Source: a virus (Duplodnaviria; Heunggongvirae; Uroviricota; Caudoviricetes). Taken from it: a DNA stretch of 58,687 nt. The DNA is taken from IMG/VR virus record IMGVR_UViG_2834277561_000001, positions 1 through 58,687 of that record; one strand, given 5' to 3'. Below are positions 40,103 through 49,795 of this stretch, piece after piece. The notes under the pieces were generated by a model that saw only the letters and a program-made list of their open reading frames with translations, made no database searches and was not told where the DNA came from. Position 1 is the stretch's first letter, and the number at the start of each line of letters is the position of its first letter. Position numbers and translations under genes: made by a program.

Positions 40103-40368
40103 TTGTGAATAATTTTCGATTCCATTATGCAAGGGCAATAATTACAGTTCCAAAAACCGATGATATTGAAATGAACCGTGAAATCAGAAGAAGAATTAAT
40201 CTATTTGAAAAAGACAATAGAATGTATATAGATCTCATGAAATTTTTGCTAGATAACCAAATTCCTGTTAGAGCAATACCTGAAGATTATGCCAATGAAG
40301 ATCAAATAGATTATGTCTCACGACTTAATACTGCATATAAAAACCTAGGATTATTCTATAATTGCTAA
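40099..40368 (+). CDS. Hypothetical protein coupled to the XRE gene (intron cargo)
   Basis: GTGA start/stop overlap, 89 aa. Confidence 0.65.
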   Translation: MIVNNFRFHYARAIITVPKTDDIEMNREIRRRINLFEKDNRMYIDLMKFLLDNQIPVRAIPEDYANEDQIDYVSRLNTAYKNLGLFYNC

Positions 40369-40379
40369 TTATATAATTT

Positions 40380-41052
40380 AGAAGTGGAAGATACTTGTTC
40401 TTCCAAAAAAATATTGTGTTGACTCGCGAACATTACTATAAGCAATGACGAGTAATATAATGCAGAAAATATGTTCTGCTTTCAATTACAACTATTTTTT
40501 CTGCTCATATTTTAATTCTCCGCAGTGGAGATATCCGAAGTTGCGTCGGATTGGTATTCACTCTATATTCGCACATCGCAACCATACCAATTTGCAATGC
40601 TCCAAAAATTGCTGACAGAAGGGTAGTATATAGAAACTATCCCTGAATGATTCGGGCATCTGTCTTCCCTATCGCTAGAGTGCATCTTCGTGATTCCCGA
40701 TGAAACCACGCTTTCGTTACGCTCGTTGAGGTCGGTATCCTTTCTTATTAGAACGAAACCCTACCTGCGGATTACCTCGTGTTTTGAATTATTCCCTTAC
40801 CTCATGCTTTCACATTCGCCACCTATTCCTATTAAGAATAGGTTTGAGATCAAAACCATGTGACGCAGACTTTTGAACTGCGAAGGTTCCCCGTTCCCAC
40901 CATTCATAGTAGGAGAGTAACACATTACTGTTACTCCATATTAGAAAGTCACTATAGAAGTCCTTGCTTTTCAGCTCGTACACGTTACCGTTAAACTTCT
41001 AAGCGGCATAAGTCATTTGAAAAATGCATGGGGCGAATTCCCATGTACTCTT
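40380..41052 (-). ncRNA. Group I ribozyme core and P9 extension of the TMP intron
   Basis: P1, P3 CTTTC/GAAAG, P4 CGG/CCG, long P5 extension, P6 GGT/ACC, P7 GAG/CTC, P8 CGTGGTTTC/GGAATCACG; ORF-free and GC-richer than the flanks. Confidence 0.8.
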
Positions 41053-43182
41053 ACCGCTGCCTGTTTTGCCCTGGAAGATTCCAAGACCGATCGCTGCTGT
41101 ATTTAACATACCAATCGAACTTGTCAAATTTGTAAACAAATTTAATAAGTTTGTGCCACCATCTACTAATCCTTTAAACATATCAGAAGAAAACGTAGTC
41201 GTAGCCATTTTCTGAAATGCAGATTCAAACTGTTGTTGTTTAGCTTCAATAGATTCTAGCCATCTATCCTGTTCCTGTTGCGCAGAACCATCAGAATTTA
41301 ATGTGTCTTGATATGCTTTTTGAACTTGTCCAGATTGGAATCCTTGAATTAATGCAGCAATTTGGTTGCCTCTATTCTTACCTGCTAATTTTTCGAGTAA
41401 TTCCGCTCTATTTTTATCAGTCAAATCATCATAGATTTCACTGATTTCTTCCATAAGAGTATATGTATCTTTATATGTCTGCTTTGTATCATCAGTAAAC
41501 AGACTAATGCCGCCAGGTGTTTTTGCCGTTTTTGTTAAGTCAGCAATTGCACCTGAAAGTTCTTCTGTGTCATTGGTGTATGAATCGGTTTCTTCGTCAT
41601 AACCTCTTACCCTCATGGCGAGGATCTTTAGTGCATTTCCAGCTTCTGGTGCACTCTGCGTGATTTCTGACATTCCTGTAAGCATAGCTAGAGAATGACC
41701 AAGGTCGTTTCCTGCGGTTGCTAAAGAAGATGCCGAATTGGATAGTCCCTCACCTAAATCTGCACTTGAAGTTGCGAAATTATTACCCAGAATATTTAAT
41801 TGATCAATTATAGATTCTGCATCTGATGCTTGAATATTAAACGCCTTCATAGCAGTAACCATATCGGAAACTGCTGTATTGTCACTAACTTCACCAACAT
41901 TTGCATACATTGAACTTAATTTGGAAAGTTGCTCAGAATCATCTAATGAGTATCCAAGTTTTGACCATTCAGATGTTTGGGAAATATAGGAAGACATGCT
42001 TCTTCCTAATTTAGGTGCATTATTAGAAGCAGTATCAAGATATTTAGAATAACGAGACTGTGATTCATCCGTTACTTTATACAAATTAGTCATTGCTGAA
42101 TCAACGTCTTTGACCGAATTAATTACTTTAGACGGAACTTCCATTATTACATTTTGAATTGCACCATAAATTCCTGCGAACTGTCCGATTTGCTTAAAAG
42201 CTCGCTTGAATTCATCTATCCCAGATTTCCCTGTTAAACCTTCGGCAGAAATACGGGATTGTAAATTTTTGAACGCGGTATCAAGAGTTGCCTTTTCTTC
42301 GACAGTAGTAACTTGTCGATACTGTTGCTCAAGTTCTTTTAATGTTGCACCATATCTTTTTACAGCCTTACTGTTTGATTCATAATAGGCAGCAACTTTA
42401 TTTGCAGATTGTTCCGCCACGCCCAGTCCAAGAGTTTTTGATGTTTCGTCTTTAATCTGAGAAAATACATTCTTGAATGATGTTTCTGCTTTTTGTATTT
42501 TCTGAATGGTATTATCTAAAGATTCATCATCAAGTATTGAAGTTCCTGATTTATGATCTTTTAAAGCAACTAGGGATGATGAAAATTCCTGCATTAACCC
42601 ATTGGCTTTTTCAATATTAGGTGTTGACTGACCTGCATAGGATTCCATCTGCTTTCTCATTCGTGAAAGGATAGCATCGCCTTTTTCAGAGTCTATATAT
42701 GTTTCTAAAGAACTGTTTTGCTTAGATGCAGATTGTTCCGCTTCACGTCGAGCTTTTTCTGTGGCTTTTTGAATTTCTTTGTTTGCTCGTTCTTGTTCTT
42801 TTGCCACGGCAGAGTAATAGCCTTGTGCATCTTTTTTTGCATCATTTTCAGATAAATCTGGATAAATTTTCCCTAATTCATCAGCAGTATCTTTGATATC
42901 TTTTCTCATTTTTTGCTGTGTTTTAGAAAATTCAGAAGCACTCGAAATACTGGCTTTCCCAATTCCAGAATTTATCCCTTGTGAAATTTGCGTTCCAATA
43001 TTTTGTCCAGCTTTTTTATACTGAGAGGAATTTCCTGAAATTAACTTATCTAATCCAGAAAGGCCACTCGTATCAAAATCTATTTTTACGGACTTTCCTT
43101 GAAGAGATTTGATTTTTTGCTCAATCTCATCTATCTTTTCTTGCCCATGGGGTACTATGTTGACATCTACATTAAATTCCAA
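41053..43182 (-). CDS. Tape measure protein, exon 1 (TP901-type TMP core)
   Basis: VDSAMTNLYKVTD, WSKLGYSL, GNNFATSSADLGEGL, GNALKI.AMR.RG, LLEKLAGKNRGN; 710 codons from TTG to the 5' splice site. Confidence 0.9.
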
Positions 43183-43202
43183 CGAAATTCCCCTTTCGTA
43201 AT

Positions 43203-43235
43203 AAAAGAAAACACCCTCCGTGGTAGGAGAGTGTT
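43203..43235 (-). terminator. Terminator-like hairpin just upstream of TMP
   Basis: AACACTCTCC-TACCAC-GGAGGGTGTT-TTCTTTT. Confidence 0.65.
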
Positions 43236-43283
43236 AGTTGTTTACAGTTACCTTATTTAGTTGTGTTATATAATTTTATTAAT

Positions 43284-43664
43284 TTATCCGCCAAATGCAG
43301 ATTCTACAGCTTGGATAATATCCTGTTCTGATTCATGCCATGTGTTAGGTTTACCTAGAATTCCACTCCCATTATACTGAGCTTCTTCAAGAACTTTTTC
43401 TCCGGAATATGTACCTGTAGAATAAGATGGAGGATTTAATTTGATTGTATAATGATACTCACAATTTCCACCTGCGTTCATAATAAACATAGGCGATTCA
43501 CGATATTGATAAGTACGCTGATATCTAACAGGATTTCCTTGAGAGTAGAATGATTCAATATCCTCACGGGTCATTTCACAACCTTTTTCAAATGCTTGCA
43601 TTGCCCGTGGGCGGACAATTTGGGCATCAATTGCTTGTATGATCTGTCCCATATTTACCTCCAT
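43284..43664 (-). CDS. Putative tail/neck component
   Basis: FY....P..YQRT motif; probable start is the ATG at 43652 after GGAGG. Confidence 0.6.
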   Translation of the reverse strand: MEVNMGQIIQAIDAQIVRPRAMQAFEKGCEMTREDIESFYSQGNPVRYQRTYQYRESPMFIMNAGGNCEYHYTIKLNPPSYSTGTYSGEKVLEEAQYNGSGILGKPNTWHESEQDIIQAVESAFGG

Positions 43665-43666
43665 TT

Positions 43667-43790
43667 GTCAACTACCCACAAGCTAAAGCTTGATGGGCTT
43701 GTAGCTCGATTAGACTTCACAATTACATTTAAGGGCGTAATTGCTTATTCCAAAGCATAAACTACCTATCAGGACTAGAGCCAGCCCCTA
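43667..43790 (-). mobile_element. Non-autonomous IS200/IS605-family end (omegaRNA-like) without tnpA/tnpB
   Basis: Minus strand ...ACAAGCCCATCAAGCTTTAGCTTGTGGGTAGTTGAC, the characteristic subterminal hairpin and end of IS605-type elements. Confidence 0.6.
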
Positions 43791-43912
43791 AAATTCTTTT
43801 TCCCTCTGTTGAAAAGGAAGAAATCTTCTGACAGAGTTTCCCCCTATTTAATTATAATTCTATTAAACATTAGGTTTATGGTGTAGAAATACGTCATAAG
43901 CCATTTCTCTAT

Positions 43913-44572
43913 TTATTTACTTGTGTTACGAGACTCCCATAACGTTTTGTATTTCTTTAATTCTCTAATCTCAGCGTTTTTTGCTTCAATAATTTCCTTG
44001 CTTGCCTCGTCGGGCTTAAAATTTGCCGCCTCTTTAATTACATTTACAATACTATCTTCTGTCATTTTAAATCCGGAATCTGCCATTTTCTGATATACAG
44101 TCTGAGCATTCTTAATCATTTCCGGAGACAGTGCGCTAAGATTGAGGTTTGCAAAATTTCCAAACGCATCGATAATAACATTCATAAACTCATTAAATGT
44201 TGCAAAAAATTCGTCCATCTGTCTATGAGAATACACGGCACGTTCCTTCGCAAACGTAAGTTTATCTTTTACCATTTCACGGATAAATTTCATAACCGCG
44301 ACATTTTGACTTTTCTGATTTGAATTATTGATGAACATATCAATTAACTTATGTACATCTGAATCAGTATAATATAAGGTATAAATGTTTTCACCTTCTT
44401 CCAACTCATATCCTTCGAGTAAATATGTGCCGACAGCAATGATTTCCCCCATTTCTGCATAATATGGAGTATAATCGCCATTTTTGAAATATGCTGCAAC
44501 GATATCATTGATAACCATGATCTGATCCGTGAGTGAAATATTATCCTTTATTCTTAAATTAGTTTTAATCAT
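43913..44572 (-). CDS. Hypothetical phage protein (possible tail assembly chaperone)
   Basis: 219 aa between tail tube and TMP; YF..G.YTPYY motif. Confidence 0.55.
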   Translation of the reverse strand: MIKTNLRIKDNISLTDQIMVINDIVAAYFKNGDYTPYYAEMGEIIAVGTYLLEGYELEEGENIYTLYYTDSDVHKLIDMFINNSNQKSQNVAVMKFIREMVKDKLTFAKERAVYSHRQMDEFFATFNEFMNVIIDAFGNFANLNLSALSPEMIKNAQTVYQKMADSGFKMTEDSIVNVIKEAANFKPDEASKEIIEAKNAEIRELKKYKTLWESRNTSK

Positions 44573-44605
44573 TTCCTGTATCTCCCTTTTCTCATTTACT
44601 CATAT

Positions 44606-45130
44606 TCATATGTTCTCCAAATCCACTAATAGATTCTCGATATTATACCGATAGTTGACACGCAACTTTTCTTTCTCTATTAGAATAGGAGAGCAGTACT
44701 GTAACATGTCTTCTTCATTAAAACTCTTCTTTTCAATAGAATCTTTTAAAACTAAAAAATCCTGAATTGATAAAAAATAAGTATGGTCAGATTTTCTGAA
44801 ATCCAATAAAAATCCTGTAATCATATTTTCATATTTAGCATACTCAGATAATTTTTCTATCTGATACCAGTGAATTATTTTACCCTTTTCTTGCTCAGAA
44901 CGTTCAAATGAACAAGAACCTTGGAAACTTTTGCACTCCATTACGAATAATACTTTTCCGTTATACATGAAAAAATCGGCAGGAGAGCGATTGCTAAATC
45001 TTAATTTATCATCTTGGGATTTTCTTCTATTGAAAGATTGAGCAGCATCAGGTGGTCTATATACCCATAACCATTCAGGGCAAGAGTCTCTTACATTGTC
45101 CTCAAATCTTTTCCCTACATTCCTACTCAT
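44606..45130 (-). CDS. recU: RecU-like Holliday junction resolvase (PD-(D/E)XK)
   Basis: GKRFED, F...SPADF..YNG....MECKS, I.WYQI..L, GFLLDFR. Confidence 0.75.
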   Translation of the reverse strand: MSRNVGKRFEDNVRDSCPEWLWVYRPPDAAQSFNRRKSQDDKLRFSNRSPADFFMYNGKVLFVMECKSFQGSCSFERSEQEKGKIIHWYQIEKLSEYAKYENMITGFLLDFRKSDHTYFLSIQDFLVLKDSIEKKSFNEEDMLQYCSPILIEKEKLRVNYRYNIENLLVDLENI

Positions 45131-45339
45131 ACTAGCTTGTGATCACACCATAGATCATAGACATGTTTTGTATCATCTTTATTAAAATAAAATGCCAGAG
45201 TTTCCTTTTCCCATTTGATATCCACGGGCATTACTCTGTGCTTTATGTATAGTCCAAATTGTTTAGTGTTTACTATTCTAATAGTATTCGTATCGTCATA
45301 GTAACGACCGAAAAATTCTGAATACTTAATCTCATTCAC
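45127..45339 (-). CDS. Small phage protein (DUF5659-like)
   Basis: Q..LYIKH.V.PVDI....LAFYF....T..VYDLW. Confidence 0.6.
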   Translation of the reverse strand: MNEIKYSEFFGRYYDDTNTIRIVNTKQFGLYIKHRVMPVDIKWEKETLAFYFNKDDTKHVYDLWCDHKLV

Positions 45340-45373
45340 ATCCTTTATCTCATTTACTCATTTAGTAAATCGT

Positions 45374-45414
45374 AAAAAAATGGCTACACCAATCTAAGTG
45401 ATTAGCATAGCCAT
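45374..45414 (-). terminator. Intrinsic terminator
   Basis: ATGGCTATGCTAATC-loop-GATTGGTGTAGCCAT-TTTTTT. Confidence 0.75.
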
Positions 45415-45439
45415 AATAAAAAACACTAATCACACAAAT

Positions 45440-45772
45440 TTATTTTTTAGAGAAATCTTTCGCCTTTGCCCGATTTCTCATTTTTACAGGAGAATGTACC
45501 TCTGTTTTTTCCTCGGCACTTTCTTCATTAATCGGAAGAGAAGTATCTTCCTCGTTTTTTTCTTCTACAGAGTTTTCTACGGCAGTAGATGCAACTGTTT
45601 CCTTGCTTACATCTTTCTGCCTTGCCTCTAGGACTCTACGCAGATACTCTTTTCCACACTCAATAGAACAAGCAATTGCCCGCCAGTGAAATGCAGTATC
45701 ATCTTTTTCGCAGTAGGCGCAAGGGGTAAATAACTTACCGCATACTCTGCAAGGTTTTTGTTTATACGCCAT
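45440..45772 (-). CDS. Small zinc-finger protein
   Basis: CRVCGK..CAYC..WR..ACSIEC; follows the tail tube gene. Confidence 0.7.
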   Translation of the reverse strand: MAYKQKPCRVCGKLFTPCAYCEKDDTAFHWRAIACSIECGKEYLRRVLEARQKDVSKETVASTAVENSVEEKNEEDTSLPINEESAEEKTEVHSPVKMRNRAKAKDFSKK

Positions 45773-45827
45773 TTTAAACTCCTTTAAAAAGAGCCACCTT
45801 TAAAAGATGGCTCAGACTAACTTTCGG

Positions 45828-46622
45828 TTAAGCAAAAACAACCATATCCCACAGTGAATTAGATCCACCGCATCCGCCAGCAAGAGAACCAAATTCGAAG
45901 TCCTGAGTAGATGGATCACCACCAAATGTCAGATCGAATGTTCCGTGGAAGTCTGCTCTTGGGATAATAAACTGTACATGGTACTGATTATCACAAGTAT
46001 CCTGTGCTGTACAATCGATATACAGTTTAAGAGTCTTGGAATATTTATCAGATACATTGCTAACCTTTTTAGCTTTTACTTTAATATCATAGAAAGCTAC
46101 AAGCTCTGTACCGTCTACAAGTTCACCTTCATTAAAAGTGATCTCACCATCAGAATATGAAAATTCTCCTGCGGCTGCGGCTGCGTTCTGAGTAAATTTC
46201 TTTCCAAGAGAACCGTCTTTATTCTTGACATACACAGCAATAATTTCCTGTCCAGTAGCACCTACAAGAGATTCTTTCTTTTCAATACTTGCTTTATTGG
46301 AAGCTACTTTAAGGGAAGTATCCGTATATCTTACTTTTTCTTCTTCGTTTTCTTCAACTTCAGAACCCACCATAGCAGCAAGTGCACCACCAACAATAAG
46401 TCCGTTTGTTCCCTTACCTGTTACAGCTTTATTCTTTTTCAGTGAACCAATTTTACGTCCACCACGACCAGTGATATCAGTAATTTCCTCTTCCTGAGAA
46501 AGAGTTGTTTCTGTTACTTCATCCATGATGAATTCAAGGTCATTGCCGTCAAAAGCTGTGATCTGGTCTACCTGAGTGATTGACAGTTTATCGATATTAA
46601 TATCTGTTACTGTTCCAGCCAT
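45828..46622 (-). CDS. Major tail tube protein
   Basis: 264 aa; strong SD, ITGRGG..I, F.LTFGGDPSTQDF; followed by a terminator-like hairpin at 45786-45813. Confidence 0.75.
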   Translation of the reverse strand: MAGTVTDINIDKLSITQVDQITAFDGNDLEFIMDEVTETTLSQEEEITDITGRGGRKIGSLKKNKAVTGKGTNGLIVGGALAAMVGSEVEENEEEKVRYTDTSLKVASNKASIEKKESLVGATGQEIIAVYVKNKDGSLGKKFTQNAAAAAGEFSYSDGEITFNEGELVDGTELVAFYDIKVKAKKVSNVSDKYSKTLKLYIDCTAQDTCDNQYHVQFIIPRADFHGTFDLTFGGDPSTQDFEFGSLAGGCGGSNSLWDMVVFA

Positions 46623-46661
46623 TGTATTTCCTCCTTAATTTTTTGCATATTAAAAGACCCA

Positions 46662-47480
46662 TTAATGGGTCTTGGATTTAAAATCTATGAAATTTAAAAT
46701 GGATTTGTCTGCCATTTTTGAAGCGTCTACTGTTCCTGCGTAAACACCAATCATAACTTTGTCGAAGTTCACAGTATGTTGAATTTGTTTCAAACTTCTT
46801 TTAAAATTATAAATAGACACATCCATTACGGTTTCGTAATTATATGGGAATTCCTGCTTATTTACCAAAGCAACCACCAAAGTCTCAAGATAAGGATTCA
46901 CTTTATCCTTTGCATGTCTCCTTTTATATCTACGTTCCTTTTGAATTAGATAATGTTTTGCCGCATCATTTCCAGGGCGACGATTATCTTTTTCAATTAG
47001 ATTAATCTTTCTTATTCCGTCAGCTATTTGTTCGTAAACCAACTGGTCAATGATAATATCATCTACTGCATCGTAAATTACCATTTCACCATTTTCTTGA
47101 TTTTTACCTATTCTTAATACCTTTTCATTTTTGAATTCATCCGAGATTTCTGGATTAGACAATACATTGTATAATTTAGAAAATGTGTCGCCGAACACAT
47201 AAGACAGGTCACTGGAAAGAATAAATCTTGCTTTTAAAACAAACAATTCAAATGCAGTAATAGTAGTAAAATCTATACCCATATCATCCAATTCCACCAT
47301 TGCAGAATACGGGGACTGAGTAATTGAATTCACAATCCAATAATAATAACCCTCGTCATCTAAAATATCTCCGACAGATGGAATATTTAAAGTAATTTTA
47401 GGAGTTACTTGTAATTCTTTCATCCTCAATAAACTTTTATCTGCCATATATTTTACCTCGATTAAAGTCTTTAACTTCAA
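46662..47480 (-). CDS. Hypothetical tail morphogenesis protein
   Basis: 272 aa; C-terminal GVYAGTVD..K; synteny. Confidence 0.55.
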   Translation of the reverse strand: MKLKTLIEVKYMADKSLLRMKELQVTPKITLNIPSVGDILDDEGYYYWIVNSITQSPYSAMVELDDMGIDFTTITAFELFVLKARFILSSDLSYVFGDTFSKLYNVLSNPEISDEFKNEKVLRIGKNQENGEMVIYDAVDDIIIDQLVYEQIADGIRKINLIEKDNRRPGNDAAKHYLIQKERRYKRRHAKDKVNPYLETLVVALVNKQEFPYNYETVMDVSIYNFKRSLKQIQHTVNFDKVMIGVYAGTVDASKMADKSILNFIDFKSKTH

Positions 47481-47964
47481 ATGTCAGCAATCTGCCAACA
47501 AATTTGTTTTGAGGATAATATGGATTATTAGATACAAACTCTGTATTGCCAACACCTAGCAAATTGGTTTCGTTAAAAATATTATCTATTTCACAAACAG
47601 CTTTATCACACCAATAATAATGTCTTCCGTTTTCAATATATTGGGAATTGTCTCTATGACATAGAATAAAAAAGAAGATTTTTAAATCTCTGTAGACTTT
47701 ATTTCGTGAATCGATAGTTGCGGAAATGTCAAAATTAATCCATCTGCCAGATTCCTTAATGGTATCTGGAATATATTCATGGGGATAAGTATATTTGTAT
47801 GGAATAAGATCTTCTGGATATTCCTCATCTTCAAGTCCAAATAACTTAATAATTTCTTTGGATTTTACAAGTTCTCCCATAATAATATTACGATACTCAA
47901 TTATTTCTTCACTATTTGATTTTTTACGTGGTTCTTTTACAAAACCAGTTGTATTGTTAGCCAT
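47437..47964 (-). CDS. Putative tail terminator/head-tail protein
   Basis: 175 aa; YPHEYIPDT; synteny. Confidence 0.55.
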   Translation of the reverse strand: MANNTTGFVKEPRKKSNSEEIIEYRNIIMGELVKSKEIIKLFGLEDEEYPEDLIPYKYTYPHEYIPDTIKESGRWINFDISATIDSRNKVYRDLKIFFFILCHRDNSQYIENGRHYYWCDKAVCEIDNIFNETNLLGVGNTEFVSNNPYYPQNKFVGRLLTFEVKDFNRGKIYGR

Positions 47965-47974
47965 TAGTCATCAC

Positions 47975-49033
47975 CTAAAATCCTTCGATAACTAAAAGTT
48001 CTTTTTCTAATTTTGCCTCTCCATTGATTAATAACTGAAGAGTTATGGTTTCTCCGATAGAATTTTCATCACTTGTCAGAAGAGTAATTTCCTCTCCGTA
48101 TTCACCAGATTGTTCCATTTCTACTTCGAAATCAGAAATTACATTCCATGAAATATTCTTATATGAAAGAGCGGTTTCATCATCATTCGGCAATTTAATA
48201 GTCGCCTTGTATTTTCTTGGGATTTTCCATTTGATTTCATTTTTTCCAGAAATAGATAATTTCCCGTCCATAAATATAGAAGGAATTTCTGGTTCTGGTT
48301 CATTATCTGGGATAATAACATTATTTGATTCAAAATAATTGCAAATCCAAATATGATTTCCATCAGGAAGTTTTACATACTTATCCGTGTCCCTATTGAG
48401 AACATCTTCCATAACGGTTATCATACACAATCCTTTCCCATAATTATAAGCAGTGTTATCATTTTGGGTGACTTTATAACACGTAGGATTCTCAATATTC
48501 TTATCCATTGCAAAACGCATTGGGGTATCAAATATAAGAGTATCTGGATTGCATTGAACTCGAATCATATGTTGCGCGGCTCCAATCTGGATTTTATCAT
48601 TTCCGGATTCACCAGAGTTATATTGGGTGCTATTTTGATCAATAACATAAGCCGATTTGATTTCACCTGATTTGTTCTGCCAGTATAGTTTCCAATCACA
48701 ACTCATAAAAGTAGCTTTGCAATACATTTTATGAAAAGAATATGAATTGAGACACAACCACATCATTCCATCATATTCAAGATAATCCCCACATTCCATC
48801 CAGTCTTCGTCAGTGATAGTTTCGACTGTGATTTTATGATGAGTAGAATCTACAAATTTACGGTCAAAAATTCTAGGAGATAATTTAAAATATTTACCAT
48901 TTAGCTTGACATCATCTTCACGATCTGTTGCTAAATCGTATAGATATGAAATTTGCTTCTGTTTTTCATATCTCATTTGTTCTCGTGGATTGGCACTTCC
49001 AAGTGTTCTTGAAATCATATATGATTCAAGCAT
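47975..49033 (-). CDS. Putative head-closure/neck protein with C-terminal Ig-like domain
   Basis: 352 aa; GDYLEY....WL, CDW.L.W; synteny with SPbeta-like phages. Confidence 0.55.
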   Translation of the reverse strand: MLESYMISRTLGSANPREQMRYEKQKQISYLYDLATDREDDVKLNGKYFKLSPRIFDRKFVDSTHHKITVETITDEDWMECGDYLEYDGMMWLCLNSYSFHKMYCKATFMSCDWKLYWQNKSGEIKSAYVIDQNSTQYNSGESGNDKIQIGAAQHMIRVQCNPDTLIFDTPMRFAMDKNIENPTCYKVTQNDNTAYNYGKGLCMITVMEDVLNRDTDKYVKLPDGNHIWICNYFESNNVIIPDNEPEPEIPSIFMDGKLSISGKNEIKWKIPRKYKATIKLPNDDETALSYKNISWNVISDFEVEMEQSGEYGEEITLLTSDENSIGETITLQLLINGEAKLEKELLVIEGF

Positions 49034-49346
49034 TCACATCACCTGCCTTTAGTTCCCCTAAAAGGGCACATGATCTAAAGACTGCTTTTTTTAATTCTAT
49101 ATGAGATTCTATATTTGACAGAATCGACATATAAGATAGAAGCTCAAGAGATGTCTGAATTGAAAAATCATCATATGAATCCAATAGAGTTTTGACTTGC
49201 CCCTGTACATATTTGATTCGATATTTCAAATCATCAGTCATACCAGTTTCTTCATACGTTGGAAGTAATGCAAAAATATGACTTATGATGCCATTTATAT
49301 AGAGGTCTAATTCTTCTTTATTGTAATTCATAATCAGATCCCCCAT
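49026..49346 (-). CDS. Hypothetical phage protein
   Basis: 106 aa; IFALLP.YE motif; coupled to neighbouring genes. Confidence 0.6.
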   Translation of the reverse strand: MGDLIMNYNKEELDLYINGIISHIFALLPTYEETGMTDDLKYRIKYVQGQVKTLLDSYDDFSIQTSLELLSYMSILSNIESHIELKKAVFRSCALLGELKAGDVNA

Positions 49347-49795
49347 ACATTTGTATTCTTATAACCACTTTTTGTTACATTCCACCCGACTTCTTCTTTG
49401 AGGATTTCCAATGCACTTGTTTTGGCTTCAAGCATATTCTTTTCTGCATATGTTTTAAAATCCCCATCCTGTAAATGTAATCGTGCCTGGAGAATGTCGT
49501 TTTTATCTTTGGTTAAATATCCAATTAATACATATTTAGCAAATATAAGTTGCTCTCCGTCAGTAAGAGTGGATGTAAATTCATAAATATTTTCATCGCG
49601 TTCTGTATTAATGCCAGAATCAGTGATTTCTAATTCACCAGCGGCGAATTTAAAATATGGACTTAGAAGTTGCAACAATCCATCCAACTTGAATTTGTCA
49701 AAGATTCCATCTAATTCATAAGACTTGGTTAATGCTAATACCAACTCTACAATATCTGTATAAGTTGTATTTTTCATTTTATACCTCTCAATCAT
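49334..49795 (-). CDS. Putative head-tail adaptor
   Basis: 153 aa; T.Y..I, F...LT..EQ.I.A, DFKTY.E; synteny. Confidence 0.55.
   Translation of the reverse strand: MIERYKMKNTTYTDIVELVLALTKSYELDGIFDKFKLDGLLQLLSPYFKFAAGELEITDSGINTERDENIYEFTSTLTDGEQLIFAKYVLIGYLTKDKNDILQARLHLQDGDFKTYAEKNMLEAKTSALEILKEEVGWNVTKSGYKNTNVWGI

Larger units (their letters stand above)
36987..41052 (-). mobile_element. Giant group I intron (4066 nt) in the TMP gene, carrying cargo genes
   Basis: IGS ACTTATGCCGCT (41002-41013) pairs 12/12 with the ligated junction AGCGGT|ATAAGT, with U.G at the splice site; terminal G at 36987; P AACGGGGAAC, Q AATCCGCAGG, R CTCAACGAG, S AAGATGCACTCT; removal joins the two TMP halves in frame. 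Confidence 0.87.

Noticed and set aside
40380-41052. Group II intron or retroelement
   Set aside because: No GTGCG 5' end, no domain V, no reverse transcriptase; group I P/Q/R/S elements are present
29625-43182. TMP as a pseudogene disrupted by an IS or second prophage
   Set aside because: No transposase/integrase or target duplication; IGS pairing, terminal G and in-frame rejoining fit a group I intron
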